Shown here: positions 1 through 12,739 of the stretch, in pieces | Position numbering within the stretch: the stretch's first letter is position 1 | Layout of the letters: the number at the start of each line of letters is the position of its first letter | Source of the DNA: Myxococcota bacterium | Lineage (GTDB): Bacteria > Myxococcota_A > UBA9160 > UBA6930 | NCBI GenBank assembly: GCA_965223705.1 | Contig: OZ245015.1 | Location: 1,440,001 to 1,504,000 of the forward strand | Direction: 5' to 3' | DNA length: 64,000 nt | Made by a program: the position numbers and the translations under genes | The notes under the pieces: model-generated | The model's input: the letters and a program-made list of their open reading frames with translations, nothing else | Database searches by the model: none | What the model was told of the DNA's origin: nothing

Positions 1-2847
1 GAGTTGTTGACGTTGCGTCCCGAGGACATCCTCGCCGCCGTCAAGTACCTCGTCGATCTGAAGAACGGCTCGGATCCGAACAAGCGCGTCGACGACATCG
101 ACCATCTGGGAAATCGCCGCGTCCGGGTCGTCGGGGAGTTGCTCGAGAACCAGTACCGGATCGGTCTCGTTCGGATGGAGCGCGCGATCAAGGAGCGGAT
201 GTCGCTCCAAGAGATCGAGACCTTGATGCCGCACGATTTGATCAATTCGAAGCCTGTCTCGGCCGTGATCAAAGAATTCTTCGGTTCGAGCCAGCTGTCG
301 CAGTTCATGGATCAGACGAATCCGCTGTCGGCGGTGACGCACAAACGGCGACTGTCGGCCCTCGGGCCGGGCGGTTTGACGCGTGAGCGGGCGGGGTTCG
401 AAGTCCGCGATGTGCATCCGACGCACTACGGTCGCATTTGCCCGATCGAGACTCCGGAGGGTCCGAACATCGGACTCATCGCTTCGCTCTCGACGTATGC
501 CCGGGTGAACGAGTTCGGGTTCATCGAGACGCCGTATCGCGTGGTCGATGAGAGTCGCGTCAGCAACGAGGTGAAGTACCTCTCTGCGCTCGAGGAAGAG
601 CAGCTGTCGATCGCCCAGGCGAACGCACCGCTGGATGATTCGGGAGTCTTCCAACGCGATACGGTATCCGCCCGCAAGACCGGCGAGTTCCAGATGGTCG
701 AGCCCAAGGAACTCCACATGATGGACGTTTCGCCGAACCAGCTGGTGTCGGTCGCGGCATCGCTCATTCCCTTCCTGGAGAACGACGACGCGAACCGGGC
801 CCTGATGGGCTCGAACATGCAGCGCCAGGCCGTTCCGCTCTTGCGAACTCAGGCACCGCTCGTCGGCACCGGCATGGAAGCGGTCGTCGCACGCGATTCT
901 GGCGTCACGGTCGTTGCGAAACGAGACGGCACGGTGGTGTCCGTCGACGCCGGCCGGATCGTCATCAAACCCGATGACGACGACGGCACGGGTTCGAACG
1001 TCGACATCGTCAACCTGATCAAGTACCAGCGTTCGAACCAGAACACGTGCATCAATCAGAAGCCGATCGTCCGGGTCGGCGACCACGTCCTGCGCGGGCA
1101 GGTCGTCGCGGATGGGCCCGCTACCGAGCGCGGCGAACTCGCGCTGGGCCGCAACGTGCTCGTCGCGTTCATGCCCTGGGGTGGTTACAACTTCGAGGAC
1201 TCCATCCTCATCTCTGAGAAGATGGTGAAGGACGACCTCTTCACTTCGGTGCACATCGAGGAGTTCGAGTGTGTCGCGCGCGACACGAAGCTCGGTCGCG
1301 AAGAGATCACCCGCGACATCCCGAATGTCGGCGAGGAAGCGCTGCGCGATCTCGACGAGTCGGGGATCGTGCGCATCGGCGCGGAAGTGAAGCCCGACGA
1401 TATTCTGGTTGGGAAGATCACACCGAAGGGCGAGACGCAACTCTCGCCCGAAGAGCGTCTGCTCCGCGCGATCTTCGGCGAGAAAGCCGGCGATGTCCGC
1501 GACACGTCACTTCGCGTGCCGCCGGGAGAGTCCGGCGTCGTCATCGGAGCTCAGGTGTTTTCGCGCCGAGGCGTCGAGAAGGATGAGCGGGCGCGCGCCA
1601 TCGAGGAGGCCGAGGTCGAGCGTCTCCGCAAGGACCAGGAAGACGAGACGGCGATCATTCGCGACAACGCGATGGAGAAGGTGCGCGAGCTGCTGGTCGG
1701 CAAGCAGGCCGCCAACCGCGTGGGCGACGAGCGGCGCAACGAGGAATGGTTGCAGAGCGGTGACACGATCACGGCCGAGATCCTGCAGCAAATCCCGAAG
1801 CGCAAGTGGTCGGACATCCAGGTTCGCGAATCCGACACGCAGGCTCAGGTCGACCGCGTCTTCGCAAGCGTCGATGAGCAAGCGGCCGTCATCAAGAACG
1901 TCTTCGACGAGAAGATTGCGCGACTGAAGAAGGGCGATGAGTTGCCGCCCGGCGTCTTCAAGATGGTCAAGGTGTACGTGGCCATCAAGCGCAAGCTGTC
2001 GGTCGGAGACAAGATGGCCGGGCGCCACGGCAACAAGGGCGTCATTTCGCGCATCCTTCCCGAAGAAGACATGCCCTACACCGTGGAAGGTCGACCGGTC
2101 GACATCGTGTTGAACCCGCTCGGCGTACCTTCGCGCATGAACATCGGGCAGATCCTCGAGACCCACCTCGGGTGGGCTGCCATGGGGCTCGGAGCGCAGG
2201 TCAACCGCTTGATCGAAGAGCACGCCGGAACACCGGTGCTTCGTCAGAAGCTCAAAGACGTCTACAACAACGAACGTCTCTCCAAGATCCTGGATGACGC
2301 CTCGGACGAAGCGATCCGCAATCTGGCGGTGAACGTCCAAACGGGCGTCCACGTCTCGACGGCCGTGTTCGACGGCGCGAACGAGGCCGAGATCAAGCAA
2401 GAACTGGTGCGCGCCGGCTTGCCGGGAAGCGGGCAGACGGTGCTCTTCGACGGACGCACAGGGGATCCGTTCGACAGCAATGTCACCGTCGGGATCCTCT
2501 ACATGCTCAAGCTTCATCACTTGGCGGATGACAAAATCCACGCTCGGAGCATCGGCCCCTACAGCTTGGTCACCCAGCAGCCGCTGGGCGGCAAAGCGCA
2601 GTTCGGTGGGCAGCGGCTCGGCGAGATGGAAGTGTGGGCGATGGAGGCCTACGGCGCGGCGCATTGCCTGCAGGAATTCCTCACCGTCAAGTCCGACGAC
2701 GTGCAGGGTAGAACGCGGATGTATGAGTCGATCGTCAAGGGCGAGTGCCAGCTCGAGCCGGGCTTGCCCGAGGCCTTCAACGTCATCGTCAAAGAACTAC
2801 GAGCTCTCGGTTTGAACGTCGAGCTCGTCGAAGACAAGAACAACTAA
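1..2847 (+). CDS. rpoB: RNA polymerase beta subunit (5'-truncated by window edge)
   Basis: [32 protein letters not shown] and GGQRLGEME motifs; frame open from window start. Confidence 0.99.
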   Translation, partial: ELLTLRPEDILAAVKYLVDLKNGSDPNKRVDDIDHLGNRRVRVVGELLENQYRIGLVRMERAIKERMSLQEIETLMPHDLINSKPVSAVIKEFFGSSQLSQFMDQTNPLSAVTHKRRLSALGPGGLTRERAGFEVRDVHPTHYGRICPIETPEGPNIGLIASLSTYARVNEFGFIETPYRVVDESRVSNEVKYLSALEEEQLSIAQANAPLDDSGVFQRDTVSARKTGEFQMVEPKELHMMDVSPNQLVSVAASLIPFLENDDANRALMGSNMQRQAVPLLRTQAPLVGTGMEAVVARDSGVTVVAKRDGTVVSVDAGRIVIKPDDDDGTGSNVDIVNLIKYQRSNQNTCINQKPIVRVGDHVLRGQVVADGPATERGELALGRNVLVAFMPWGGYNFEDSILISEKMVKDDLFTSVHIEEFECVARDTKLGREEITRDIPNVGEEALRDLDESGIVRIGAEVKPDDILVGKITPKGETQLSPEERLLRAIFGEKAGDVRDTSLRVPPGESGVVIGAQVFSRRGVEKDERARAIEEAEVERLRKDQEDETAIIRDNAMEKVRELLVGKQAANRVGDERRNEEWLQSGDTITAEILQQIPKRKWSDIQVRESDTQAQVDRVFASVDEQAAVIKNVFDEKIARLKKGDELPPGVFKMVKVYVAIKRKLSVGDKMAGRHGNKGVISRILPEEDMPYTVEGRPVDIVLNPLGVPSRMNIGQILETHLGWAAMGLGAQVNRLIEEHAGTPVLRQKLKDVYNNERLSKILDDASDEAIRNLAVNVQTGVHVSTAVFDGANEAEIKQELVRAGLPGSGQTVLFDGRTGDPFDSNVTVGILYMLKLHHLADDKIHARSIGPYSLVTQQPLGGKAQFGGQRLGEMEVWAMEAYGAAHCLQEFLTVKSDDVQGRTRMYESIVKGECQLEPGLPEAFNVIVKELRALGLNVELVEDKNN

Positions 2848-2856
2848 GGGGTTTTT

Positions 2857-5800
2857 ATGCGCGATCTCTACAATCTATTCGAGAAGCCGAAAGACCCGCT
2901 CGCGTTTAACGCGATTCGTATCGGCATCGCCTCTCCGGAGCAGATCCGGGAGTGGTCGTTCGGCGAAGTCAAGAAGCCCGAGACGATCAACTACCGGACG
3001 TTCAAGCCGGAGAAGGACGGACTCTTCTGCGGTCGGATCTTCGGGCCGGTCAAAGACTACGAGTGCAGCTGCGGCAAGTACAAGCGGATGAAGTACCGCG
3101 GCATCGTCTGCGAGAAGTGCGGCGAAGAGATCATCCAGAGCAAGGTGCGGCGCGAGCGCATGGGTCACATCACCCTGGCGACGCCCGTGGCACACATCTG
3201 GTTCCTGAAGTCGCTGCCGTCGCGCATCGGGAACATCCTCGAGGTCACGCTGCGCGACCTCGAAAAAGTGCTCTACTTCGAAGCCTACGTTGTCACCGAT
3301 CCGGGTGACACCGAATTGCGTCAAGGCGAGCTTCTCTCGGAGGAGCAGCTCATCGAGGCGCGTGAGCAATATGGTCGCGACGCATTCGATTACGGGATTG
3401 GCGCGGAGGCCGTGCGCGAAATGCTGGCCGGTCTCGACGTCGAGCAGGAGAGCAAGCAGCTGCGCGTCGAGATGAAGGAGGCGACCAGCGAGGCGAAGCG
3501 CAAGAAGCTCGCGAAACGCCTCAAGGTTCTCGATGCGTTCCGAGAGTCCGGCAACAACCCCGAGTTCATGATCCTCGAGGTGATCCCTGTATTGCCGCCG
3601 GATCTTCGACCCCTGGTGCCTCTCGACGGCGGACGTTTCGCGACGAGCGACCTGAACGATTTGTACCGGCGCGTCTTGAACCGGAACAACCGTCTGAAGC
3701 GTCTCCTCGAGCTCAACGCGCCGGAAGTCATTATCCGGAACGAAAAGCGAATGCTCCAAGAAGCGGTGGACGCACTGTTCGACAACGGACGCCGCGGTCG
3801 GGTCATCACCGGGCCGAGCAAGCGGCCTCTCAAATCCCTCTCCGACATGCTGAAGGGCAAGTCGGGGCGGTTCCGGCAGAACCTCCTCGGAAAGCGCGTC
3901 GACTATTCGGGCCGCTCCGTCATCGTCGCCGGCCCCGAGCTCAGGCTCCACCAGTGCGGCTTGCCGAGTCGGATGGCACTCGAGCTGTTCAAGCCTTTCA
4001 TCTACTCGAAGCTCGAGCAGCGCGGCTACGTCACGACGATCAAGGCCGCCAAGAAGATGGTCGAGCGCGAACGGCCCGAGGTTTGGGACATCCTGGCCGA
4101 GGTGATCCAAGAGCACCCGGTGATTCTCAACCGGGCGCCCACGCTTCACCGACTGGGGATGCAGGCCTTCGAGCCGTCGCTGATCGACGGCAAGGCGATT
4201 CAGCTGCACCCGTTGGTGTGCAAGGCCTTCAACGCGGATTTCGACGGCGACCAGATGGCGGTCCACGTGCCGCTATCGGTCGAGGCGCAGATCGAAGCGC
4301 GCGTCTTGATGATGTCGACGAACAACATCCTGAGCCCGGCGACGGGCCGGCCGATCATCGACCCCAGTCAGGACATCGTCCTCGGTTGCTACTACATGAC
4401 GCGCGAGCGCCTGGGCGTCCGCGGCCAAGGCATGCGTTTCTCGAGCCCCGAAGAAGTGCGGATGGCGTACGACTCCGGGGAAATCGATATCCACGCGGGA
4501 ATCCATGTGCGCATGGATGGCGAAACCGTGGAAACGACCGTCGGTCGCGTGCTGCTCTCTGAGATCGTCCCGAGCGAGATCCCGTTCGAGGTGATCAATC
4601 AGGTGATGGACAAGAAAGCGCTGGGCGAGCTGATCGACCAGGCTTATCGGCGACTCGGCAACAAGGCCACGGTCATTTTGTCGGATCAGCTGCGGACCCT
4701 GGGCTACCAGAACGCGACCCGCGCTGGGATCTCGATCTGCGTGGACGACATGCAGATTCCGGGGAACAAGGAGACCCACATCTCGTCGGCGAACAACCAG
4801 GTCTCGGAAGTCCAGGACCAATATCTGGACGGCCTGATCAGCGACGGCGAGCGGTACAACAAGGTGATCGACATCTGGGCGGACGCGACGGAGCGGATCG
4901 CCGGCGAGTTGCTCGACAACCTGGGTACCGATGTCACGCTCGACACCGAAGGCAACGAAGTTCGGGTGCCGAGCTTCAATCCCATCTACATGATGGCCGA
5001 TTCGGGTGCTCGCGGTTCCGCGCAGCAGATTCGGCAGCTCGCCGGGATGCGCGGTCTGATGGCCAAACCGTCCGGTGAGATCATCGAGACGCCGATCACG
5101 TCGAACTTCCGCGAAGGACTGTCCGTTCTTCAGTACTTCATTTCGACGCACGGCGCGCGAAAGGGTCTCGCCGATACCGCGCTCAAGACCGCGAATTCGG
5201 GCTATTTGACCCGTCGGCTCGTCGACGTCGCGCAGGACATGATCGTCCGCGAGGAAGATTGTGGAACACGGCGCGGCATCTTGATGGAGCCGCTGTATGA
5301 GGGCGGCGACATCATCGAATCGATCGGCGAGCGCATCCTCGGCCGTGTGGCGCTCGATGACGTGCGCGACACGATCGACAATCGTGTGCTGGTCGCCGCC
5401 GGCGAAGAGATCGACGAAGAAAAGGTTCGCGCGATCGAAGAGGCCGGAATCGAGCAGGTCATGATCCGCTCGGTGTTGACGTGCGAGACCCGTCGCGGCA
5501 TCTGCGTCCTGTGTTATGGCCGCGACCTGTCCCGCGGCGAGATGGTGAACCTCGGCGAGGCGGTCGGCGTGATTGCGGCCCAGTCGATCGGGGAACCCGG
5601 CACCCAGTTGACGATGCGCACCTTCCACATCGGCGGAACGGCGACCCGACGCGTCGAGCAGTCCCACCACGAAGCGGTGAGCGAAGGCGAAGTGCGCTTC
5701 AGCAACATCCGGACGGTTCGGGACCGCGAAGGCCGCCACGTCTGCGTCAACCGCAACGGGGAAGTGGGCATCTACGATGTCAGCGGCCGAGAGCGCGAGC

Positions 5801-7062
5801 GCTATCCGGTGGTCTACGGCGCGCACATCAAGGTCGAAGACGGGCAGCAGGTCGCGCAGGGTGACATGCTGCTCGAGTGGGATCCCTTCGCGAATCCGAT
5901 CCTCACAGAGATCGGAGGGACGATCAAATTCGGCGACATCCAAGAAGGCGTCAACATGCAGGAGCAGGTGGACGAGTTCACCGGCATGTCGTCGAAAGTG
6001 ATCATCGAGTCGAAAGATCCGGAACTTCGGCCTCGGGTTTCCGTCAAGAACGAGGCGGGTGAGACCGTGTCCCGGGCGCTCCTGCCCGTCGGTGCCTACC
6101 TGTCGGTGAGCGAGCGCGAAGAGGTCGCTGCCGGCGACGTTGTCGCGAAGATTCCCCGGGAGACGTCCAAGACGAAAGACATCACCGGTGGTCTTCCCCG
6201 GGTGGTGGAGCTCTTCGAGGCCCGCAAGCCGAAGGAGCACGCGATCGTCAGCGAAATCAACGGGATCGTGAGCTTCGGCTCGGACTCCCGCGGCAAGCGC
6301 CGGGTTTTGGTGACGCCCGATGACGACGGTGAGCAACGCGAATACCTGATCCCGAAGGGCAAGCACATCAGCGTGCACGAGGGAGATCGGGTGCGCGCCG
6401 GCGAAGCGCTGATGGACGGTTCTTCGAACCCGCACGATATCCTGCGCATCAAGGGTGAGCGGGAACTCGCGAAGTACCTGGTCGATGAGGTTCAGGAGGT
6501 CTACCGACTTCAGGGCGTGAAGATCAACGACAAGCACATCGAGATCATCGTGCGTCAGATGCTCCGCAAGGTTCGGATCACCGACGCCGGCGATACCGAT
6601 CTCCTGCTGGGCGAACAGGTCGACGCGACGACCGTGGCCGAGGTCAACGCCGCCATGGCTGAAGAGGGCAAAGAGCTCGCTCAGGTCGAACCGCTGCTCC
6701 TCGGCATCACGAAGGCGTCGCTCTCGACCGAGTCGTTCATCTCGGCGGCTTCGTTCCAAGAGACCACGAAGGTGCTGACCGAAGCCGCCATCTGGGGCAA
6801 GACGGACAACCTCTTCGGGCTCAAAGAGAACGTGATCATGGGCCGGCTCATCCCGGCGGGCACCGGCCTGGCGAAGTACCAGACGATCGGCGTCCAGATC
6901 GAGGCCCCGGAGGGGATGTTGGCCGAATTCTCCAGCGAGTCCGAGCTGCCGACGGCGTTCCCGGAGACAGACGGCGCGGGTTCGGGTGGAAGCGATCCCG
7001 CGTCCGAGCCCTCGCCGGTCCACGTGGCACCGTCGCCGTTTGACGACGAGGTGCAGACCTGA
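2857..7062 (+). CDS. rpoC: RNA polymerase beta' subunit
   Basis: NADFDGD catalytic motif, Cys zinc finger, SAASFQETT. Confidence 0.99.
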   Translation: MRDLYNLFEKPKDPLAFNAIRIGIASPEQIREWSFGEVKKPETINYRTFKPEKDGLFCGRIFGPVKDYECSCGKYKRMKYRGIVCEKCGEEIIQSKVRRERMGHITLATPVAHIWFLKSLPSRIGNILEVTLRDLEKVLYFEAYVVTDPGDTELRQGELLSEEQLIEAREQYGRDAFDYGIGAEAVREMLAGLDVEQESKQLRVEMKEATSEAKRKKLAKRLKVLDAFRESGNNPEFMILEVIPVLPPDLRPLVPLDGGRFATSDLNDLYRRVLNRNNRLKRLLELNAPEVIIRNEKRMLQEAVDALFDNGRRGRVITGPSKRPLKSLSDMLKGKSGRFRQNLLGKRVDYSGRSVIVAGPELRLHQCGLPSRMALELFKPFIYSKLEQRGYVTTIKAAKKMVERERPEVWDILAEVIQEHPVILNRAPTLHRLGMQAFEPSLIDGKAIQLHPLVCKAFNADFDGDQMAVHVPLSVEAQIEARVLMMSTNNILSPATGRPIIDPSQDIVLGCYYMTRERLGVRGQGMRFSSPEEVRMAYDSGEIDIHAGIHVRMDGETVETTVGRVLLSEIVPSEIPFEVINQVMDKKALGELIDQAYRRLGNKATVILSDQLRTLGYQNATRAGISICVDDMQIPGNKETHISSANNQVSEVQDQYLDGLISDGERYNKVIDIWADATERIAGELLDNLGTDVTLDTEGNEVRVPSFNPIYMMADSGARGSAQQIRQLAGMRGLMAKPSGEIIETPITSNFREGLSVLQYFISTHGARKGLADTALKTANSGYLTRRLVDVAQDMIVREEDCGTRRGILMEPLYEGGDIIESIGERILGRVALDDVRDTIDNRVLVAAGEEIDEEKVRAIEEAGIEQVMIRSVLTCETRRGICVLCYGRDLSRGEMVNLGEAVGVIAAQSIGEPGTQLTMRTFHIGGTATRRVEQSHHEAVSEGEVRFSNIRTVRDREGRHVCVNRNGEVGIYDVSGRERERYPVVYGAHIKVEDGQQVAQGDMLLEWDPFANPILTEIGGTIKFGDIQEGVNMQEQVDEFTGMSSKVIIESKDPELRPRVSVKNEAGETVSRALLPVGAYLSVSEREEVAAGDVVAKIPRETSKTKDITGGLPRVVELFEARKPKEHAIVSEINGIVSFGSDSRGKRRVLVTPDDDGEQREYLIPKGKHISVHEGDRVRAGEALMDGSSNPHDILRIKGERELAKYLVDEVQEVYRLQGVKINDKHIEIIVRQMLRKVRITDAGDTDLLLGEQVDATTVAEVNAAMAEEGKELAQVEPLLLGITKASLSTESFISAASFQETTKVLTEAAIWGKTDNLFGLKENVIMGRLIPAGTGLAKYQTIGVQIEAPEGMLAEFSSESELPTAFPETDGAGSGGSDPASEPSPVHVAPSPFDDEVQT

Positions 7063-7100
7063 TCTCCGTTCCCCCTTGGGGAGTGGCGCTCAGGAGTACG

Positions 7101-7128
7101 TTGACAGAGCACGCAAGCTGGCTAGGCT
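7101..7128 (+). promoter_or_regulatory. Putative sigma70 promoter of str operon
   Basis: TTGACA (7101-7106), 16 nt spacer, TAGGCT (7123-7128) in rpoC-rpsL intergenic region. Confidence 0.6.
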
Positions 7129-7332
7129 ACTGAGGTTTTTGGCTCCAGGAAAGCTGCCGCTGCAGACGGATCGGGCCGCGATGAGACCCGCCTAGGGAAC
7201 CGCTGTTCCCCGCCCTCCTCGCGATCGGTCACGGACTGACAGGGGCGACTTGTCCTTTGGAGAAGCCGAGCCCAGGGGCGACTCGTCTCTGGAATACCCG
7301 AGCCGTTTTGGAAAACGGCATCGGAGGGAAGA

Positions 7333-7704
7333 ATGCCGACCGTACAGCAGCTGGTCCGCCGCGGCCGAAACCGACAGCGCAAGAAGTCGAAGTCCCCCGA
7401 CTTGGACGCGTGTCCCCAGCGCCGTGGTGTGTGCGTTCGCGTTGCGACACAAACACCGAAGAAGCCGAACTCCGCGCTTCGAAAAGTTGCACGCGTGCGT
7501 CTGACCAACGGAAAAGAAGTCTGGGCCTACATCCCGGGCGTCGGTCACAACTTGCAGGAACACTCCGTCGTGTTGGTCCGCGGCGGCCGCGTAAAGGACT
7601 TGCCCGGCGTCCGTTACCACGTCGTGCGCGGAACGCTCGACACCATGGGTGTCGCAGACCGGAACCAGAGCCGTTCGAAGTACGGCGCAAAGAAGCCGAA
7701 GTAG
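7333..7704 (+). CDS. rpsL: 30S ribosomal protein S12
   Basis: [31 protein letters not shown] upstream. Confidence 0.99.
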   Translation: MPTVQQLVRRGRNRQRKKSKSPDLDACPQRRGVCVRVATQTPKKPNSALRKVARVRLTNGKEVWAYIPGVGHNLQEHSVVLVRGGRVKDLPGVRYHVVRGTLDTMGVADRNQSRSKYGAKKPK

Positions 7705-7720
7705 GCGGACGGGGAGCGCC

Positions 7721-8191
7721 ATGCCCAGACGACGAGAAGTACCGAAGCGCCGGATCGACCCCGATCCGAAGTACGGCGACCGCATGGTCGCCCGCTTTAC
7801 GTCGGTCTTGATGCTCGACGGAAAAAAGAGCGTCGCCGAACACATCGTATACGGTGCGTTCCACGAAATCGAAAGCAAGACGCGGAACGATCCGTTGGCG
7901 ATGTTCCGGCGGGCGATGGACAACGTGCGTCCCCGGGTCGAAGTGAAGTCCCGCCGCGTCGGTGGCGCCACGTACCAGGTGCCGATCGAAGTTCGACCGG
8001 AGCGAGCGAACAGCCTGGCCATGCGTTGGCTCGCGCAGTCCGCGAGAAGCCGCTCGGGAAAGAGTATGCGCGAGAAGCTTGCCAGCGAGTTGATCGACGC
8101 GGCGAACGAGCGCGGCGAGGCGGTGAAGAAGCGCGAAGATACCCACCGAATGGCCGAGGCCAACAAGGCCTTCTCGCACTACCGCTGGTAG
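7721..8191 (+). CDS. rpsG: 30S ribosomal protein S7
   Basis: MPRRREV start at ATG 7721 after [31 protein letters not shown]. Confidence 0.98.
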   Translation: MPRRREVPKRRIDPDPKYGDRMVARFTSVLMLDGKKSVAEHIVYGAFHEIESKTRNDPLAMFRRAMDNVRPRVEVKSRRVGGATYQVPIEVRPERANSLAMRWLAQSARSRSGKSMREKLASELIDAANERGEAVKKREDTHRMAEANKAFSHYRW

Positions 8192-8206
8192 GCGAAGCGT
8201 AACGTC

Positions 8207-10279
8207 ATGGATCGTCAAACCCCGCTCGAAAGGACGCGCAACATCGGCATCATGGCCCACATCGATGCCGGTAAGACGACGACCACCGAGCGGGTCCTGT
8301 TCTACACCGGCGTGAACTACAAGATGGGTGAAGTCCATCACGGTGCCGCCACGATGGACTGGATGGAGCAGGAGCAAGAGCGCGGTATCACGATCACGTC
8401 CGCTGCGACGACCTGCTTCTGGAACGATCACCGGATCAACATCATCGACACCCCTGGCCACGTGGATTTCACCGTCGAGGTCGAGCGCTCGCTGCGAGTG
8501 CTCGACGGCGCCGTGGCGGTTTTTTGCGGCGTCGGCGGCGTCGAACCGCAATCGGAAACGGTCTGGCGACAGGCGGACAAGTATCGTGTTCCGCGGATCG
8601 CGTTCGTCAACAAGATGGATCGCACGGGCGCCGATTTCGCTCGTGTCATCGAGATGATGGTCGATCGGCTCGGCGCGAAGGCGGTCGCGATTCAACTGCC
8701 CATCGGCGCCGAGGACACTTTTGAGGGTGTTGTCGACCTGCTCGAACAGCACGCGGTGTATTGGGATCAAGACACGGAAGGCACCGAGTTCCGCGTCGGG
8801 CCGATCCCGGATGCCCTTGCGGAAGCCGCGAACCATCATCGCGATCAGATCATCGAAGCGGTGGCCGACTACGACGAAGAGCTGCTGACCCGCTACCTCG
8901 AAGGCGAGTCCGTCTCCGCGGAAGAACTGCGCAAGGCGCTGCGGGAAGCGACGCTCCAGCTCGGCGTCGTGCCGGTGCTGTGCGGTTCCGCGTTTCGGAA
9001 CAAAGGCGTGCAGCCGCTCCTCGACGCCATCGTCAACTATTTGCCGTCACCGCTCGATGTCCCTCCGGTGGAAGCCACCGTCGTCGGCAAGGAAGAGGTC
9101 GTCCAGCGCAAGGCCGACGACAGCGCGCCGTTCTCCGCGCTCGTTTTCAAGTTGATGAGCGACAAGCATGTCGGGCACTTGACCTACGTGCGCGTGTACT
9201 CCGGATCGATCGAGACCGGCGACCAGGTCCTGAACGCGACGCGCGGTAAGAAAGAACGTCTGGGACGCGTGCTCCAGATGCACGCGAACAAGCGACAAGA
9301 GATCGATGCCCTTCACGCCGGGGATATCGCGGCGGTCGTCGGGCTGAAACACGTCACGACGGGCGACACGCTGTGTCACCCCCGCCATCCTGTGACACTC
9401 GAATCGATCGACTTCCCGGATCCGGTGATCTCTATCGCGGTGGAGCCGAAGACGAAGGCGGACATGGACCGTCTCGGTCAATCCCTCGACCGGCTCGCGG
9501 CCGAAGACCCGACGTTCCGAGTGACGACCGACCCCGAGACCGGACAGACCATCGTGTCGGGCATGGGCGAGCTTCACCTGGAGATCATCACGGATCGCTT
9601 GGTTCGGGAGTTCGGCGTTCAGGCCAACGTCGGTCGGCCCCAGGTGGCTTACAAGGAAACGATTCGCGAGGCCGTCCGGGTCGAGGGTCGCTACATCAAG
9701 CAATCCGGCGGCTCTGGTGATTACGGCGTGGTGTGGCTCGAAGTCGAACCCGCTCCTGCCGGCGAGGGCTTCTCGTTCGAAGACGCGGTCAAGGGTGGAG
9801 CCGTTCCGAAAGAGTTCATTCCCGCGGTGGAGCAGGGCGCACGAGAAGCGCTCGAGAGCGGAGAGCTCGCCGGGTATCCCGTCGTCGACATCCGCGTGCG
9901 GCTGGTCGACGGGCAGACCCACGACGTCGATTCTTCGGAGCGCTCTTTCAAGATCGCGGGGTCTATCGCGATGAAGGAAGGGCTTCGCAAGGGAAAGCCC
10001 GTCCTCCTCGAGCCGATCATGGCCGTCGAGGTCGTCACGCCGGAAGAATTCCTCGGCGCTGTACAGGGCGATCTCAACAGTCGCCGGGGTCGCGTGCAGG
10101 GTCTCGAAGCGCGCGCTGCGGCGCAAGCGATTACGGCGGAAGTTCCGCTCGCTTCGATGTTCGGTTACGTCAATTCACTGCGCTCCATGTCACAGGGGCG
10201 CGCCAATTACACGATGCAGTTCTCCCACTACGCCGAAGTACCGGCGGACGTCGCGGGGAATCTGGTCCGCATCTATTAG
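8207..10279 (+). CDS. fusA: Elongation factor G
   Basis: [23 protein letters not shown]; str operon position. Confidence 0.98.
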   Translation: MDRQTPLERTRNIGIMAHIDAGKTTTTERVLFYTGVNYKMGEVHHGAATMDWMEQEQERGITITSAATTCFWNDHRINIIDTPGHVDFTVEVERSLRVLDGAVAVFCGVGGVEPQSETVWRQADKYRVPRIAFVNKMDRTGADFARVIEMMVDRLGAKAVAIQLPIGAEDTFEGVVDLLEQHAVYWDQDTEGTEFRVGPIPDALAEAANHHRDQIIEAVADYDEELLTRYLEGESVSAEELRKALREATLQLGVVPVLCGSAFRNKGVQPLLDAIVNYLPSPLDVPPVEATVVGKEEVVQRKADDSAPFSALVFKLMSDKHVGHLTYVRVYSGSIETGDQVLNATRGKKERLGRVLQMHANKRQEIDALHAGDIAAVVGLKHVTTGDTLCHPRHPVTLESIDFPDPVISIAVEPKTKADMDRLGQSLDRLAAEDPTFRVTTDPETGQTIVSGMGELHLEIITDRLVREFGVQANVGRPQVAYKETIREAVRVEGRYIKQSGGSGDYGVVWLEVEPAPAGEGFSFEDAVKGGAVPKEFIPAVEQGAREALESGELAGYPVVDIRVRLVDGQTHDVDSSERSFKIAGSIAMKEGLRKGKPVLLEPIMAVEVVTPEEFLGAVQGDLNSRRGRVQGLEARAAAQAITAEVPLASMFGYVNSLRSMSQGRANYTMQFSHYAEVPADVAGNLVRIY

Positions 10280-10297
10280 GTAGGGGAGCTCGCGGAG

Positions 10298-11488
10298 ATG
10301 GCGAAGGAGAAGTTCGAGCGGACGAAGCCTCACGTAAACGTGGGGACGATTGGTCACGTAGACCATGGGAAGACGACGTTGACGGCGGCGATCACGTCGC
10401 GCCAGGCGCATAAGAGCCTGGCCGAGAAGGTGGACTTCGCGAACATCGACAAGGCACCGGAGGAGCGAGAGCGCGGGATCACGATCGCGACGGCCCACGT
10501 GGAGTACCAGACGGACAGCCGTCACTACGCGCACGTGGATTGCCCGGGCCACGCGGACTACGTGAAGAACATGATCACGGGCGCGGCACAGATGGACGGA
10601 GCGATTTTGGTGGTGTCGGCTGCGGACGGCCCGATGCCTCAGACGCGCGAGCACGTGTTGCTGGCGCGCCAGGTGAACGTTCCCCACATCGTGGTGTTCA
10701 TGAACAAAGTGGACCAGGTGGATGACGAGGAGTTGCTGGAGCTTGTGGAGCTCGAGGTACGTGAGCTGTTGTCGAACTACGAGTTTCCTGGGGACGACAT
10801 TCCGATCATCAAGGGTTCGGCGCTGAAGGCTGGCGAGGACCCGAGCAACGATGAGGCGAACCAGTGCATCGACGAGTTGATGGATGCGCTGGACGCGACG
10901 ATCCCGGAGCCTGAGCGGGCGCTCGACAAGGACTTCCTGATGCCGATCGAGGACGTGTTCTCGATTACGGGCCGCGGGACGGTTGTGACGGGTCGCGTGG
11001 AGCAGGGGATCATCCACACGGGCGACGAAGTGGAGATCGTTGGGATCCGAGACACGACGAAGACGGTGTGCACGGGCGTGGAGATGTTCCGCAAGATTCT
11101 GGATGAGGGTCAGGCGGGAGACAACGTGGGTTGTCTGCTGCGCGGGACGGACAAAGAGGACGTGGAGCGTGGTCAGGTCCTGGCGAAGCCCGGGTCGATC
11201 ACGCCGCACACGAAGTTCAAGGGTCAGGCGTACGTGCTGACGAAGGAGGAGGGAGGTCGCCATACGCCCTTCTTCACGGGCTATCGGCCTCAGTTCTACT
11301 TCCGAACGACGGACGTGACGGGTGTTGCGAACCTTCCGGAGGGTACGGAGATGGTGATGCCCGGTGACAACATCGAGATGACGATCGAGCTGATCACGCC
11401 GATCGCGATGGATCCGGAGCTTCGCTTCGCGATCCGCGAGGGCGGTCGCACGGTGGGTGCCGGCGTCGTCTCGGAGATTATCGAGTAA
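10298..11488 (+). CDS. tuf: Elongation factor Tu
   Basis: [34 protein letters not shown]. Confidence 0.99.
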   Translation: MAKEKFERTKPHVNVGTIGHVDHGKTTLTAAITSRQAHKSLAEKVDFANIDKAPEERERGITIATAHVEYQTDSRHYAHVDCPGHADYVKNMITGAAQMDGAILVVSAADGPMPQTREHVLLARQVNVPHIVVFMNKVDQVDDEELLELVELEVRELLSNYEFPGDDIPIIKGSALKAGEDPSNDEANQCIDELMDALDATIPEPERALDKDFLMPIEDVFSITGRGTVVTGRVEQGIIHTGDEVEIVGIRDTTKTVCTGVEMFRKILDEGQAGDNVGCLLRGTDKEDVERGQVLAKPGSITPHTKFKGQAYVLTKEEGGRHTPFFTGYRPQFYFRTTDVTGVANLPEGTEMVMPGDNIEMTIELITPIAMDPELRFAIREGGRTVGAGVVSEIIE

Positions 11489-11490
11489 TC

Positions 11491-11808
11491 GTGGCTGACT
11501 TAAATTCCCCGAAGATCCGCATTCGTATGAAAGCGTATGACCACAAGCTTCTCGACCAGAGCGTCGGAGAGATCGTGGATACGGCGATGCGCACTGGTGC
11601 CCGCGTGGTCGGGCCGATCCCGCTGCCGACGGCGATCAACAAGTACACGGTGCTCCGCGGGCCGCACATCGACAAGAAGTCTCGGGAGCAATTCGAGATG
11701 CGAACGCACAAGCGCTTGATCGACATTCTCGATCCGACGCCCCAGACCGTCGACGCTTTGATGAAGCTCGAGCTGGCTGCGGGCGTCGACGTAGAGATCA
11801 AACTCTGA
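11491..11808 (+). CDS. rpsJ: 30S ribosomal protein S10
   Basis: [37 protein letters not shown] start. Confidence 0.98.
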   Translation: MADLNSPKIRIRMKAYDHKLLDQSVGEIVDTAMRTGARVVGPIPLPTAINKYTVLRGPHIDKKSREQFEMRTHKRLIDILDPTPQTVDALMKLELAAGVDVEIKL

Positions 11809-12449
11809 TGGCGACCATCGATCTACGGAACAGCCAGAACCAGAGCGCAGGGAGCGTGGAGCTCTCCTCCGCTGTGTTCGAAACCAAGGTCTCGCCCGGC
11901 CTGTTGCACGCGGAAGTGCGTCGCCAGTTGGCAGCGCGCCGTTCGGGCAACGCCTCGACGAAGAACCGTCACGCGGTTTCCGGCGGCGGCGCCAAACCGT
12001 ACCGCCAGAAAGGGACGGGGCGAGCCCGTCAGGGATCGATACGGTCTCCCCAGTACCAAGGCGGTGGTGTCGTGTTCGGTCCGGTGCCGCGGAACTACGC
12101 CCATAAGCTGCCGAAGAAAATGCGTCGCAAGGCGCTGTGTTCCGCCTTGTCGCTGCGGCGCGAAGAAGGCGATCTCGCGGTGGTCGACAGCATCGAGCTC
12201 AACGCCTGTAAGACAAAGAAGGTCGTTGAGCTCCTCCGCGGGCTCGAGCTCTCGGGCAGTTCCGTCCTCATCGTCATCGACGGCGCCGATGAGACGTTGT
12301 CGAAGGCGGCGAGGAACCTGCCGGGTGTCGATGTGCTCCAGGCGTCGGGGCTCAACGTATACGACGTGTTGGGGCACCAAAAGCTCCTGATGACCCGAGC
12401 GGGCCTCGATGCAGTCACGGCGAGGCTGTCGGTCGGGGGTGCGTCATGA
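11808..12449 (+). CDS. rplD: 50S ribosomal protein L4
   Basis: [24 protein letters not shown]. Confidence 0.97.
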   Translation: MATIDLRNSQNQSAGSVELSSAVFETKVSPGLLHAEVRRQLAARRSGNASTKNRHAVSGGGAKPYRQKGTGRARQGSIRSPQYQGGGVVFGPVPRNYAHKLPKKMRRKALCSALSLRREEGDLAVVDSIELNACKTKKVVELLRGLELSGSSVLIVIDGADETLSKAARNLPGVDVLQASGLNVYDVLGHQKLLMTRAGLDAVTARLSVGGAS

Positions 12450-12733
12450 ACCTCCACGAGGTGATTCGGCGTCCGCTTGTGACGGAGAAGAGCACCATCG
12501 CGCGCGAAGAACTCAACATTGTGACCTTTGCGGTGGATCCGCGCGCGAGCAAGTTCGACGTGAAGAGCGCCGTTGAGCGCCTGTTTGAAGTCAGCGTTCT
12601 CGAGGTGAGGACGATGCGCATGCCTCGGAAGTCCCGACGGCTCGGGCGTTTCATCGGCAGGCGACCGGAATGGAAGAAAGCCATCGTGCGATTGGCAGAA
12701 GGCCAATCGATCGAGTTCTTCGAGGGGGTCTAG
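12446..12733 (+). CDS. rplW: 50S ribosomal protein L23
   Basis: [16 protein letters not shown]. Confidence 0.97.
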   Translation: MNLHEVIRRPLVTEKSTIAREELNIVTFAVDPRASKFDVKSAVERLFEVSVLEVRTMRMPRKSRRLGRFIGRRPEWKKAIVRLAEGQSIEFFEGV

Positions 12734-12739
12734 GCGGCC

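Noticed and set aside
270..420. Possible rifampicin-resistance changes in RpoB (NPLSAVTH)
   Set aside because: Key Asp, His and Ser positions are intact; the altered site is naturally variable
4273..7023. 916-aa and other long antisense ORFs over rpoB/rpoC, fusA, tuf, carB
   Set aside because: Shadow ORFs from high-GC codon bias opposite conserved genes; no recognisable motifs
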